A DNA stretch of 64,000 nucleotides, from assembly GCA_963701425.1 (NCBI GenBank), contig CAVPAG010000015.1, positions 171,621 to 235,620 of the forward strand, in the 5' to 3' direction. This DNA is from an uncultured Actinomycetota bacterium (GTDB taxonomy: Bacteria; Actinomycetota; Actinomycetes; Propionibacteriales; Nocardioidaceae). Made by a program: the position numbers and the translations under genes. Below the pieces are notes generated by a model. That model ran no database searches, was not told the origin of the DNA, and saw nothing but the letters and a program-made list of their open reading frames with translations. This document shows positions 10,489 to 19,792 of the stretch, piece after piece (positions within the stretch are counted from its first letter, which is position 1; each line of letters begins with the position of its first letter).

Positions 10489-11929
10489 TCACTCCCCGAT
10501 GAAGGACATGACGTGCTTGATGCGCGTGTAGTCCTCGAGGCTGTAGGACGAGAGGTCCTTGCCGTGGCCGGAGTACTTGAAGCCACCGTGCGGCATCTCG
10601 GAGACGAACGGGATGTGCGTGTTGATCCACACGACGCCGAAGTCGAGTCCCTTGGCCATGCGCATCGCACGCCCGTGGTCCTTGGTCCACACCGAGGAGG
10701 ACAGGCCGTACTTCACGCCGTTGGCCCAGCGCAGCGCCTCCTTCTCGTCGGAGAACTTCTGGACGGTGATGACGGGCCCGAAGATCTCCTCCTGGATCGC
10801 CTCGTCGTCCTGGTGCAGCCCGGAGACCACGGTGGGGCTGTAGAAGAAGCCCCGCTCTCCCTGACGCGAGCCGCCGATCTCGACGTGCGCGTGACCGGGG
10901 AGGCGCTCCACCATGCCGCTGACCCTGGCCAGCTGGTTCTCGTTGTTGAGAGCGCCGTACAGGATGTCCGGGTCGTCGGGCATCCCGGTCTTGGTGTTCT
11001 TGGCCTGGTCGGTCAGCGCGGCGACGAAGTCGTCGTGGACGCCGGGCGCGGCGAGGACGCGGGTGGCCGCGGTGCAGTCCTGGCCACCGTTGAAGTAGCC
11101 GGCCGTCGCGATCGCCTCGGCGGCCGCCTCGAGGTCCGCGTCGTCGAAGATGACCACCGGCGCCTTGCCGCCGAGCTCGAGGTGGGTGCGCTTGAGCTTG
11201 GTGCCCGCCGACTGGGCGACCTCGCTGCCGGCGCGGACCGAGCCGGTGATGGAGACCATCTCGGGGGTCGGGTGGTCGACGATGGCGCGGCCGGTGTCGC
11301 GGTCGCCGCAGATCACGTTGAACACGCCCGGCGGAAGGAACTCCTGGGCCATCTCGGCGAACATGCGTCGTGGTCGCCGGGGTCGTGTCGGACGGCTTGA
11401 GGACCACGGCGTTGCCGGCGGCGAGCGCCGGCGCGATCTTCCAGATCATCATCATCAGCGGGTAGTTCCACGGCGTCACCTGCCCGATCACGCCGATCGG
11501 CTCCCGCCGGATCATCGAGGTGTACCCCTTCATGTACTCCCCGGCCGAGCGGCCCTCGAGCACGCGCGCGGCGCCCGCGAAGAACCGCAGCTCGTCGACC
11601 GAGGGCGGCAGCTCCTCCTCGGCGGTGAGCTGGATCGGCTTGCCGGTGTTCTCGCACTCCGCCTGGACGAACTCGTCGGCGCGCGCCTCGAGCGCGTCGG
11701 CCAGCTTCAGCAGGGCCACCTGACGCTCGCCTGGGGTGGTCTGGCCCCAGGTCTCGAACGCCTCCTCGGCCGCCTTCATGGCACGGTCGACGTCCTCGGC
11801 TCCAGAAGCAGGGGCGGTCGCGTACTTCTCGCCTGTCGCGGGGTTGACGATGTCGTAGGTCTCGCCGGAGGCCGAGTCCACCGCCTTGCCCCCGATGATG
11901 TTGCGGAACTGCTTCGCCGTCTCGGCCAT
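10489..11929 (-). pseudogene. Aldehyde dehydrogenase (aminobutyraldehyde-dehydrogenase-like) split by a frameshift near 11365-11370
   Basis: The N-terminal frame (from ATG 11929) is ALDH-like up to ...[12 protein letters not shown] and then becomes junk. The C-terminal part, [17 protein letters not shown]...ELGGKAP...GQDCTAATR...EEIFGPV..., continues in another frame (track ORF 10489-11364). One extra base or two missing bases would explain it. Confidence 0.8.
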
Positions 11930-12132
11930 CCCTGTGCGCCTTTCGTCTGCCGCCCCGGTCCGCCCTGGTGCTCGGGCTCGCCGGGATACGTCGAGATCAG
12001 GTACGTCGGACGCTCCGGCCCGACGGAAGTGAGCCTAGTCACCCCACTACGGATTCGGTATAGCGAACGCGGCACAAACCACGAAATCTTCCGTCCCTAG
12101 CGGGTTGGACGGACGACTTCGCCCCTGTTGCC

Positions 12133-13140
12133 TCACCGACAGGTCGACAGCCAGGTCTCGAAGTCCCAGGTCTCGAGGAAGCGGCTGGCCCCGGCTGCCC
12201 CGGCGCGCAGCAGGGCCTCCTGCTCCTCCTCGGACAGGTCGAAGTCGATGGCGCTGACGCCCTCGGTGTCGACGTACACCGAACGCGCGACGTTGCACCG
12301 GTCGAGCACGTGCTCCGCCTGGTTCGCCTCGATCGCCGTCTCGACGAGGGCGATGCCCATGGAGAGCGGACCGCTCACCGGCCGCACGGGTCCGTCGCCG
12401 CCGTCGATGCCGAGCGCGTTCAGCCGCACCCCGATGGTCGGCCAGCGCGGCGGCAGCTCGTCGAGCCGGTCGAAGGTGCTGATCGGGTAGTTGGAGATGA
12501 GGCCGCCGTCCACGAGCGTCGAGGTGCCGCGGCTCCCCTGGAGACGGACCGGCTCGAAGAAGTACGGGATCGACGCCGAGGCACGCACGGCGTCGACCAC
12601 CCTCTGCTCGTCGGGGTCGAGCCCGTAGTCGGCGTAGTCCCACGGCAGCTGCGCGAGGCGCTTTCGCGAGACGTCGCTGGCCATCACCACCAGGGAGTAC
12701 CGGTGGTGCATGGCGCCGTCGTCGCCCTCGTCATCGGTGCGCAGGTCGCCGAACGTCTGCACGTCGAGGTCCCGGAGGACCCCGCCCAGCCAGTCGGCGA
12801 GGTAGTCGCCCTCGTAGGCACCACCCTCGACGAGCACCGACAGCCCGTCCGTGAGGAACCCCAGCGGCCCGAGCAGCCTTCCGGGCAGACCTCGGTCACG
12901 GAACATCCGGTAGTCGAGGGTGCGGGCGATCTCGGCGATCCGGCTGAGCGGCTCACCCCGACGCTGCAGCGCGGCGAGTACGGCCCCGACGATCGCACCG
13001 GCCGACGTACCGGCGACGCGCGGGAAGTGGTAGCCGGCCTCGGCCAGGCCCACCACCGCGCCAGCCAGGGCGATGCCCTTGACCCCACCTCCCTCGAGGA
13101 CGAGGTCGGCCTGCTTCACGAGGGGCTCCGAGCGATCCAT
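12133..13140 (-). CDS. Patatin-like phospholipase
   Basis: Oxyanion motif LEGGGVKG, nucleophile elbow GTSAG, and catalytic Asp motif LVDGGLISNYP. Confidence 0.88.
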   Translation of the reverse strand: MDRSEPLVKQADLVLEGGGVKGIALAGAVVGLAEAGYHFPRVAGTSAGAIVGAVLAALQRRGEPLSRIAEIARTLDYRMFRDRGLPGRLLGPLGFLTDGLSVLVEGGAYEGDYLADWLGGVLRDLDVQTFGDLRTDDEGDDGAMHHRYSLVVMASDVSRKRLAQLPWDYADYGLDPDEQRVVDAVRASASIPYFFEPVRLQGSRGTSTLVDGGLISNYPISTFDRLDELPPRWPTIGVRLNALGIDGGDGPVRPVSGPLSMGIALVETAIEANQAEHVLDRCNVARSVYVDTEGVSAIDFDLSEEEQEALLRAGAAGASRFLETWDFETWLSTCR

Positions 13141-13225
13141 GTGTCGAACCTATCCGCGCTGTACGACAGTTCCGGCCAGCCGCTCCGTCGTGCGAGGACC
13201 GGCCCCAACCGGGGGCGGAACTCGC

Positions 13226-14866
13226 TCAGGAGCCGAAGACGCACTCCCCGTCGACCCATGTCGAGACGACCGAGGCCTTCCCGATCTCCTCCGGGCCACC
13301 GAGGAACGGGTCGCGGTCGAGCACGACCAGGTCGGCGAGCTTCCCCGGCTCCAGCACGCCGGTCTCGTCGAGGTGGTTCACGAACGCCGAGCCCGAGGTG
13401 TACGCCGCGAAGGCCTCCTCGATCCCGATCGCCTGCTCCGGCAGGAAGGGCTCCGTCCCGGCACGACCGGCCTCACCGTGGACCACCCGGTTCACGGCGA
13501 CGTGGATGCCGGCCAAGGGATCCGGGGAGCTGACCGGCCAGTCGCTGCCGGCCGCGAGGTGGGCACCGTGACGCGCGAGGTCGGCGAACGGGTACTGCCA
13601 CGCGACCCGCTCCGGGTCGAGGTAGGGCAGCGTCAGGTCGACCATCTGCTCGTCGTAGGCCGCCCACAACGGCTGCATGTTCGCGGCGACCCCGAGCGAG
13701 GCGAACCGCGCACGGTCGTCGGGGTGGATCACCTGGATGTGGGCGATGTGGTGGCGCAGGTCGTTGGCCCCGTTCGTCGTACGCGCCTGCTCGACCGCGT
13801 CGAGAGCCTCGCGCACGGCCCGGTCGCCGATGGCGTGGAAGTGCACCTGGAAGCCCTCGGCGTCGAGGCGCGCGACGGCCTCACGGAGCAGCGCCGGGTC
13901 CACGAAGGACAGCCCGCGGTTGCCCGTGGCGCAGCCGCACCCGTCGAGGTACGGCGCGCTCATGCCTGCGGTGTAGTTCTCCGCGACGCCGTCCTGCATC
14001 ACCTTCACAGCGCCCGCGGCGAACCGCTCCCGCTCGAGGACCTTGCGCCGCTCGACCAGGCTCTCCACCTGCTCGAGGCCGTGCTCGCGCGCCCACCACA
14101 GCGCCCCTCGCACGCGTGCCGTCAGCGTCCCCGACTCGGCTGCGCGGACGTACACCGACGACGGGTCGTCGAGCGCCGCGTAGTCGCCGAGGATCGCCTC
14201 CTGCCAGGCGGTGATGCCGAGCGAGTGCAGGTACTCCTGCGCGCTCAGCAGCGCCTGGTAGTACTCGTCGTCGGTGGTGTCGGTGATCAGTCGCTCGACG
14301 AGGCTCATCGCCCCCTCGTGCAGCGTCCCGGTCGGGTTGCCGGCGGCGTCCCGCTGGATCCGTCCGTCGACGGGGTCCGGCGTACGACGGTCGATGCCGG
14401 CGAGCTCGAGAGCGCGGGAGTTCACCCAGGCGCCGTGGTGGTCGCGGTTGGGCAGGAACACGGGACGATCCGCGACGACCTCGTCCAGCGCGGCCGCGGT
14501 GGGCCCCTCCGGCCCGAAGACCGCCATCGACCAGCCACCACCCCCGATCCACAGGCGGTCCGGGTTCGCGTCGGCGTAGGCCCGGACGGCGGCGAGGTAG
14601 CCCCCTCGGGTGTCGATCTCGGACAGGTCGCAGCGGAGCCGTTCGAGACCGCCCTGGACGGGGTGCACGTGGGCGTCCTGGAAGCCCGGGAGCAGCAGGC
14701 CACCCGCGAGGTCGACCTCCACCGCACCCGCCGGCACCTCGAGCTCCGCGTCCGGCGCGACCTGGGCCAGCCGCCCGTCCCTCACGACAGCGCCGACCCC
14801 GCGGAGATGCCGTCGCCCGTCGAAGGCGTTCCCGTTGCGGAACACCACCGGCTTTCCTGCGCTCAC
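13226..14866 (-). CDS. Amidohydrolase family protein (YtcJ-like metal-dependent hydrolase)
   Basis: GTG start preceded by GGAGGTG. Metal-ligand motifs: DAHVHPVQGG, HFHAIGDRA, HIAHIQ, AAGSDWPV. Confidence 0.85.
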   Translation of the reverse strand: MSAGKPVVFRNGNAFDGRRHLRGVGAVVRDGRLAQVAPDAELEVPAGAVEVDLAGGLLLPGFQDAHVHPVQGGLERLRCDLSEIDTRGGYLAAVRAYADANPDRLWIGGGGWSMAVFGPEGPTAAALDEVVADRPVFLPNRDHHGAWVNSRALELAGIDRRTPDPVDGRIQRDAAGNPTGTLHEGAMSLVERLITDTTDDEYYQALLSAQEYLHSLGITAWQEAILGDYAALDDPSSVYVRAAESGTLTARVRGALWWAREHGLEQVESLVERRKVLERERFAAGAVKVMQDGVAENYTAGMSAPYLDGCGCATGNRGLSFVDPALLREAVARLDAEGFQVHFHAIGDRAVREALDAVEQARTTNGANDLRHHIAHIQVIHPDDRARFASLGVAANMQPLWAAYDEQMVDLTLPYLDPERVAWQYPFADLARHGAHLAAGSDWPVSSPDPLAGIHVAVNRVVHGEAGRAGTEPFLPEQAIGIEEAFAAYTSGSAFVNHLDETGVLEPGKLADLVVLDRDPFLGGPEEIGKASVVSTWVDGECVFGS

Positions 14867-14902
14867 CCCACACCTCCAGGGATCTTCGGAATCAGTGGTC
14901 CA

Positions 14903-14920
14903 CGTGCACTCTTGTGCACG
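14903..14920. promoter_or_regulatory. Candidate operator: perfect 7-bp inverted repeat CGTGCAC-N4-GTGCACG in a divergent promoter region
   Basis: It sits in the 157-bp, comparatively AT-rich spacer between the amidohydrolase operon (minus) and the aminotransferase (plus). Confidence 0.4.
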
Positions 14921-15023
14921 AGTTGAATATCATCGCGCCGTCGGAACAACGAAATCGCTTGCCTGCAACGGCTTGGCAGAGCAAGATAAACGGAACGAAC
15001 TTCACGCACGGAGGAAGCATCAC

Positions 15024-16523
15024 ATGTCATCTGACGCGATGGGTCAGTCCCCCGCAGCATCAGCGGCAGGAACCGCGATGGACAGCGCGGCGTATGCCTC
15101 GCTGCAGGAGTCCGCGCGCGACCACCTGTGGATGCACTTCACCCGGCACTCGAGCTACGAGCAGGCCGACGTCCCGGTGATCGTCAGGGGCGAGGGCCCC
15201 TACGTGTGGGACGCCCAGGGCAAGCGCTACCTCGACGCCCTCGCCGGCCTCTTCGTCAACCAGCTCGGCCACGGACGCACCGAGCTCGCGCAGGCAGCGG
15301 CGAGACAGGCCTCGGACCTGGCCTACTTCCCCCTGTGGTCCTACGCCCACCCGAGCGCGATCCAGCTCGCCGAGCGTGTCGCGCACATGGCGCCGGGCAG
15401 CCTCAACCGGGTGTTCTTCACCTCCGGTGGCGGTGAGGCCGTCGAGACCGCGTGGAAGCTCGCCAAGAACTACTTCAAGCTGACCGGCAAGCCGATGAAG
15501 CACAAGGTCATCAGCCGCGCCATCGCCTACCACGGCACCACCCAGGGGGCGCTCTCGATCACCGGGCTGCCCGCCCTCAAGGCCGTCTTCGAGCCACTCG
15601 TGCCCTCGACCTTCCGGGTGCCCAACACGAACTTCTACCGAGCCCCCGAGCACGGTGACGACGTCGAGGCCTTCGGCCGCTGGGCCGCCGACCAGATCGC
15701 CGTCGCGATCGAGAACGAGGGTCCGGAGACCGTGGCCGCGGTCTTCCTCGAGCCGGTGCAGAACGCCGGCGGCTGCTTCCCGCCCCCGCCCGGCTACTTC
15801 CAGCGGGTGCGCGAGATCTGCGACGAGTACGACGTACTCCTCGTCAGCGACGAGGTCATCTGCGCCTTCGGCCGGCTCGGTCACGCGTTCGGGGCCGAGC
15901 GCTACGGCTACGAGCCGGACATGATCACCGTCGCCAAGGGGCTCACCTCGGGCTACGCCCCGCTCGGCGCCATGATCGCCTCCGACAAGCTGATGGAGCC
16001 CTTCCTCAAGGGCACGAACATGTTCGCCCACGGCTACACGTTCGGCGGCCACCCCGTCTCGACGGCGGTCGCCCTCGCGAACCTCGACATCTTCGAGAAC
16101 GAGCGCATCTTCGAGCACGTGCGCGCCAACGAGGACGCCTTCCGCTCCACGCTCGAGAAGCTCAAGGACCTGCCGATCGTCGGCGACGTACGCGGCGACG
16201 GGTACTTCTACGGCATCGAGCTGGTCAAGGACAAGGCCACCAAGGAGACCTTCAACGACGCCGAGGCGGAGATGCTGCTGCGTGGCTTCCTCTCCAAGGC
16301 GCTGTACGACGAGGGGCTCTACTGCCGCGCCGACGACCGAGGTGACCCGGTGATCCAGTTCGCGCCGCCGCTGATCTGCGACCAGGAGCACTTCGACGAG
16401 ATCGAGCAGAAGGTCCGCGTCGTCCTCGAGAAGGCCTGGACGATCCTGCCGGAGGAGCCGCGAGAGGTCGCCGAGGCGCCTCCGATGCGGCCCTACCAGA
16501 GCACCGAGCGCTGGGGCACCTGA
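15024..16523 (+). CDS. Class III aminotransferase (putrescine/beta-alanine--pyruvate transaminase-like)
   Basis: ATG 15024 is preceded by GGAGGAAG. Motifs: DEVICAFGRLG and PLP-lysine region TVAKGLTSGYAPLG. The upstream part of the track ORF is antisense to the amidohydrolase. Confidence 0.88.
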   Translation: MSSDAMGQSPAASAAGTAMDSAAYASLQESARDHLWMHFTRHSSYEQADVPVIVRGEGPYVWDAQGKRYLDALAGLFVNQLGHGRTELAQAAARQASDLAYFPLWSYAHPSAIQLAERVAHMAPGSLNRVFFTSGGGEAVETAWKLAKNYFKLTGKPMKHKVISRAIAYHGTTQGALSITGLPALKAVFEPLVPSTFRVPNTNFYRAPEHGDDVEAFGRWAADQIAVAIENEGPETVAAVFLEPVQNAGGCFPPPPGYFQRVREICDEYDVLLVSDEVICAFGRLGHAFGAERYGYEPDMITVAKGLTSGYAPLGAMIASDKLMEPFLKGTNMFAHGYTFGGHPVSTAVALANLDIFENERIFEHVRANEDAFRSTLEKLKDLPIVGDVRGDGYFYGIELVKDKATKETFNDAEAEMLLRGFLSKALYDEGLYCRADDRGDPVIQFAPPLICDQEHFDEIEQKVRVVLEKAWTILPEEPREVAEAPPMRPYQSTERWGT

Positions 16524-16546
16524 CCGGGGTCCCGCCGCCCAGGCGT

Positions 16547-16572
16547 GCTTTCCCAAGGGCCCTTGGGAAAGC
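16547..16572. terminator. 26-bp perfect palindrome GCTTTCCCAAGGG/CCCTTGGGAAAGC between convergent genes (bidirectional terminator candidate)
   Basis: All 13 base pairs are complementary when read directly from the sequence. It lies 24 nt after the aminotransferase stop and 22 nt after the oxidoreductase stop. Confidence 0.6.
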
Positions 16573-16593
16573 GGCACCCCGCAAGCGCCGCGC

Positions 16594-18018
16594 TCAGGAG
16601 TCGAAGCCGAGACCCAGCCGGTCGAGCGTCCGGAGCCAGAGGTCGCGGCGGCCGGCCCGGGCGTCGGCCCGCGCCAGCGACCAGCGCGTGAGCTGTACGC
16701 CGGCGAAGCGCAGCGGCTCGGGCGGGAAAGGCAGCGGCCTCTCGCGCACCATGCGCAGGCTCGTCCGCTCGGTCTCCTCCCCCGCGAGCAGGTCGAGCAT
16801 CACGTCCGCACCGAACCGCGTCGCCGCCACCCCGAGGCCGGTGTAGCCCAAGGCGTAGGCGACGCGCCCGTCGTACGCCGTGCCGAAGAACGCGCTGAAC
16901 CGCGTGCACGTGTCGATCACGCCGCCCCACCGATGCGTGAAGCGCACCCCGGCGAGCTGCGGGAACGTCGCGAAGAAGTGCTCGGCGAGCAACCCGTGGG
17001 TGACGTCGCGCTGCTCGAGCCCTCGCCGGATCCTGCTGCCGTAGTGGTAGACCGCGTCGTAGCCGCCCCAGACGATCCGGTGGTCGCGGGTCAGCCGGTA
17101 GTAGTGGAAGAGGTTCGCGGCATCGCCGATCCCCTGCCGCCCTCGCCAGCCGATCGACTCCATCTGCTCGTCCGACAGGGGCTCGGTCGCGAGCACGTAG
17201 TCGTACACCGGCACGGTCATCAGGCTCAGCCGTCGCAGCAGGGGCGGGAAGGCGTTGGTCGCGAGAGCCACGTGATGTCCGCGGATCGTCGCCGACGGTG
17301 TGCGCACCTCCACCCCGGAGGCGACCCGGGACAGACGCGTCACCGGCGTACGTTCGTGGATCCTCACGCCCTGCGACAGACACGCCTCGCGGAGCCCCCA
17401 GGCCAGTCGGGCCGGCTCCACCAGGGCGGTCCCCGTGCGCTCGAGGAGCCCGCCCAGGTACGTCGATGAGCGCACCAGGGCCTGGGTGGCGGCGGCGTCG
17501 AGCAGCTCCACGTCGTGGCCCGCGGCACGCATCTCCGCGGCGAGGGCGGCGAGCTCCTCGACCTGATGGGGCTCGGTGGCCACGGAGAGCTCGCCGGTCT
17601 CCTCCCAGTGGCAGTCGATGCCGTAGCGGCGTACCGCCTCACCGATCTCGGCCAGGTTGCGCGCGCCCAGCTCGTCGAGGGTCGCGAGCTCGTCGGCCCA
17701 CCGGTCGACCCCGTTGGCGAAGCCGTGGGTCAGGCTGGCCGAGGCGAACCCGCCGTTGCGCCCGCTCGCCTGGTCGCCGCAGCGTCCCGCCTCGAGGACG
17801 ACGACGTCGCGACCCGGGTCACGCTCCTTGGCACGCAGCGCGGTCCACAGCCCGGTGTAGCCGCCCCCGACGACGACGAGGTCCGCGCGGTCGTCGTGGA
17901 CCGGAGGCGGCAGCGCGGCCGGTCGCGCCGGGTCGTCGAGCCACAGCACGGCAGGCGCAGCGTCCGCGAGCGACGCCTCGACCTGCGAACCGGTCACCGG
18001 CACTGCGTCACGGGCCAC
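16594..18018 (-). CDS. FAD-dependent oxidoreductase (PuuB/DadA-like)
   Basis: Dinucleotide-binding motif DLVVVGGGYTGLWTAL. The GTG start lies 3 nt after the stop of the upstream permease gene, so it is the last gene of the ABC transporter operon. Confidence 0.85.
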   Translation of the reverse strand: MARDAVPVTGSQVEASLADAAPAVLWLDDPARPAALPPPVHDDRADLVVVGGGYTGLWTALRAKERDPGRDVVVLEAGRCGDQASGRNGGFASASLTHGFANGVDRWADELATLDELGARNLAEIGEAVRRYGIDCHWEETGELSVATEPHQVEELAALAAEMRAAGHDVELLDAAATQALVRSSTYLGGLLERTGTALVEPARLAWGLREACLSQGVRIHERTPVTRLSRVASGVEVRTPSATIRGHHVALATNAFPPLLRRLSLMTVPVYDYVLATEPLSDEQMESIGWRGRQGIGDAANLFHYYRLTRDHRIVWGGYDAVYHYGSRIRRGLEQRDVTHGLLAEHFFATFPQLAGVRFTHRWGGVIDTCTRFSAFFGTAYDGRVAYALGYTGLGVAATRFGADVMLDLLAGEETERTSLRMVRERPLPFPPEPLRFAGVQLTRWSLARADARAGRRDLWLRTLDRLGLGFDS

Positions 18019-18021
18019 CGG

Positions 18022-18837
18022 CTACCGGCCGAGCCGACGCCGCCGGCTCAGCTCACCGAGGACGACGAGGGCGAGCGCCAGCAGGAACATGATCGTTCCG
18101 ACGACGTTGATCTGCGGCGGGATGCTGCGCTGCGCGGCCCCCCAGACGAACATCGGGAACGTCACGGTCTGGCCGGAGTTGAGGTTGGTGATGATGAAGT
18201 CGTCGAAGGAGAGCGAGAAGCTGAGCAGCGCCGCGGCGAGGATGCCCGGGAACACCAGCGGGAAGGTGACCCGCCAGAACGTCTGCCACTCGTTCGCGTA
18301 GAGGTCCATCGCCGCCTGCTCGAGACGCGGGTCGAGCCCGCTCAGCCGCGCCTTCACCGTGACCACGACGAACGACAGGCAGAACATCACGTGCGCGACG
18401 AAGATCGTCCAGAAGCCGAGCTGACCGGCGAACCCGCCGGCGACGAAGAGCGCCAGCAACGAGGAGCCGAGCACGATCTCCGGGGAGGCCATGGGCAGGA
18501 AGATCCCGACGTTGGACGCCGCCCGGCCACGGAACCGGTGCCGCACCATCGCGAACGCCATCAAGGTGCCGAGCGCCGTCGCGAGAAGCGTGGCGAGCAG
18601 CGCGATCTGGATGCTCGTCGAGACCGAGTCACACAGCTGGTACGGGCCGCAGATGTTGGTCCAGTTGTTCCAGGTGAACCCGTCGAAGGAGTAGCTCTGC
18701 CTGCTGGCCGGGTCGTTGAAGGACATGAGGATGACCACGAACACCGGGGCGAGCATGTAGAGCAGGACCAGGATCGCGAACGTGACCACGAGCCGGTCGC
18801 CGAGCCAGCGACGCGTGCGGACGGAGGCAAGACTCAT
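18022..18837 (-). CDS. ABC transporter permease (PotC-like, spermidine/putrescine type)
   Basis: Multi-TM protein with EAA-loop-like LEQAAMDLYANEWQTFWRVTFPLV. Confidence 0.88.
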   Translation of the reverse strand: MSLASVRTRRWLGDRLVVTFAILVLLYMLAPVFVVILMSFNDPASRQSYSFDGFTWNNWTNICGPYQLCDSVSTSIQIALLATLLATALGTLMAFAMVRHRFRGRAASNVGIFLPMASPEIVLGSSLLALFVAGGFAGQLGFWTIFVAHVMFCLSFVVVTVKARLSGLDPRLEQAAMDLYANEWQTFWRVTFPLVFPGILAAALLSFSLSFDDFIITNLNSGQTVTFPMFVWGAAQRSIPPQINVVGTIMFLLALALVVLGELSRRRRLGR

Positions 18838-18883
18838 GCCCGACCCTCACGGAGGGCGAGCGACAACCAACCGCACGAGGGGC

Positions 18884-19792
18884 TCATACCAGCTCCTCCG
18901 TCCCGGAGCGCCGGACGTAGATCGCCACCAGGGTGACGATCGCGACCATCAGCGTCACCGACAGCGCCGCGGCGATCGGGTAGGCGCCGGCGGCGAACAG
19001 GTCCTGGATCTCGTTGCCGATCATCCGCGTGGTCGGGGTCCCGAGCAGCTCGGAGTTGATGTAGTCGCCGGCCGCAGGGATGAACGTCAGCAGCGTCCCG
19101 GCGACGAGGCCCGGCATCGCCAGCGGCAGCGTCACCTTGCGGAACGTCGTGAACGGTGCGGCGTACAGGTCGCTGCCGGCCTCGATCAGCCGCGGGTCGA
19201 TCTTCTCCAGGCTGGCGTAGAGCGGCAGCACCATGAACGGCAGGAAGTTGTACGTGAGCCCGGTGACGACGGCGAACGGGGTGGCGAGCAGGTGCCCGTC
19301 GGGTCCGAGGATGTTGATCGCCCGGAGCACGTCGACCGCCCAGCCGTTGTCGGCCAGCAGGAGCTGCCACGACAGGGTGCGGACGAGGAAGCTCGTGAAG
19401 AACGGCGCGATCACGAGGATCAGCATGAGGTTCTTCCACCGTCCGGCCTTGAACGCGATGGCGTACGCGAGCGGGAAGCCGAGCAGCACCGCAGCCACGG
19501 TCGCACTGCCCGCATAGAGGAAGGAGCGCCACAGCTGCGGTCCGTAGCCTTCCACGGCGTCGACGTAGTTGGCCCAGTGGAAGGTCATCTCGTAGCCGGT
19601 CGCGATCGAGCCGCTCGGGTCGTACAGGCTCGTGCTGATCAGCGTGATCAGCGGGACCACGAAGAAGACCAGCAGCCACAGCCCGCCGGGCAGCATCAGC
19701 AGGTAGCCGGTCCAGCCCCGCTTCTTGCCCGAGTCCCCTCCTTGCGAGACCTGCTGCTCACCGGGGCCGGCGTGGGCTGCCGCCACGCTCAC
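18884..19792 (-). CDS. ABC transporter permease (PotB-like)
   Basis: Multi-TM protein with EAA loop LIEAGSDLYAAPFTTFRKVTLPLAMPG. GTGA overlap with the ATPase stop. Confidence 0.88.
   Translation of the reverse strand: MSVAAAHAGPGEQQVSQGGDSGKKRGWTGYLLMLPGGLWLLVFFVVPLITLISTSLYDPSGSIATGYEMTFHWANYVDAVEGYGPQLWRSFLYAGSATVAAVLLGFPLAYAIAFKAGRWKNLMLILVIAPFFTSFLVRTLSWQLLLADNGWAVDVLRAINILGPDGHLLATPFAVVTGLTYNFLPFMVLPLYASLEKIDPRLIEAGSDLYAAPFTTFRKVTLPLAMPGLVAGTLLTFIPAAGDYINSELLGTPTTRMIGNEIQDLFAAGAYPIAAALSVTLMVAIVTLVAIYVRRSGTEELV

Noticed and set aside
12133-13140. The patatin-like phospholipase as a CBASS (CapV-like) or other anti-phage effector.
   Set aside because: No CD-NTase/cyclase, SMODS, TIR, STING or other sensor gene is adjacent. 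The gene sits inside a metabolic operon, so there is no support for a defence role.
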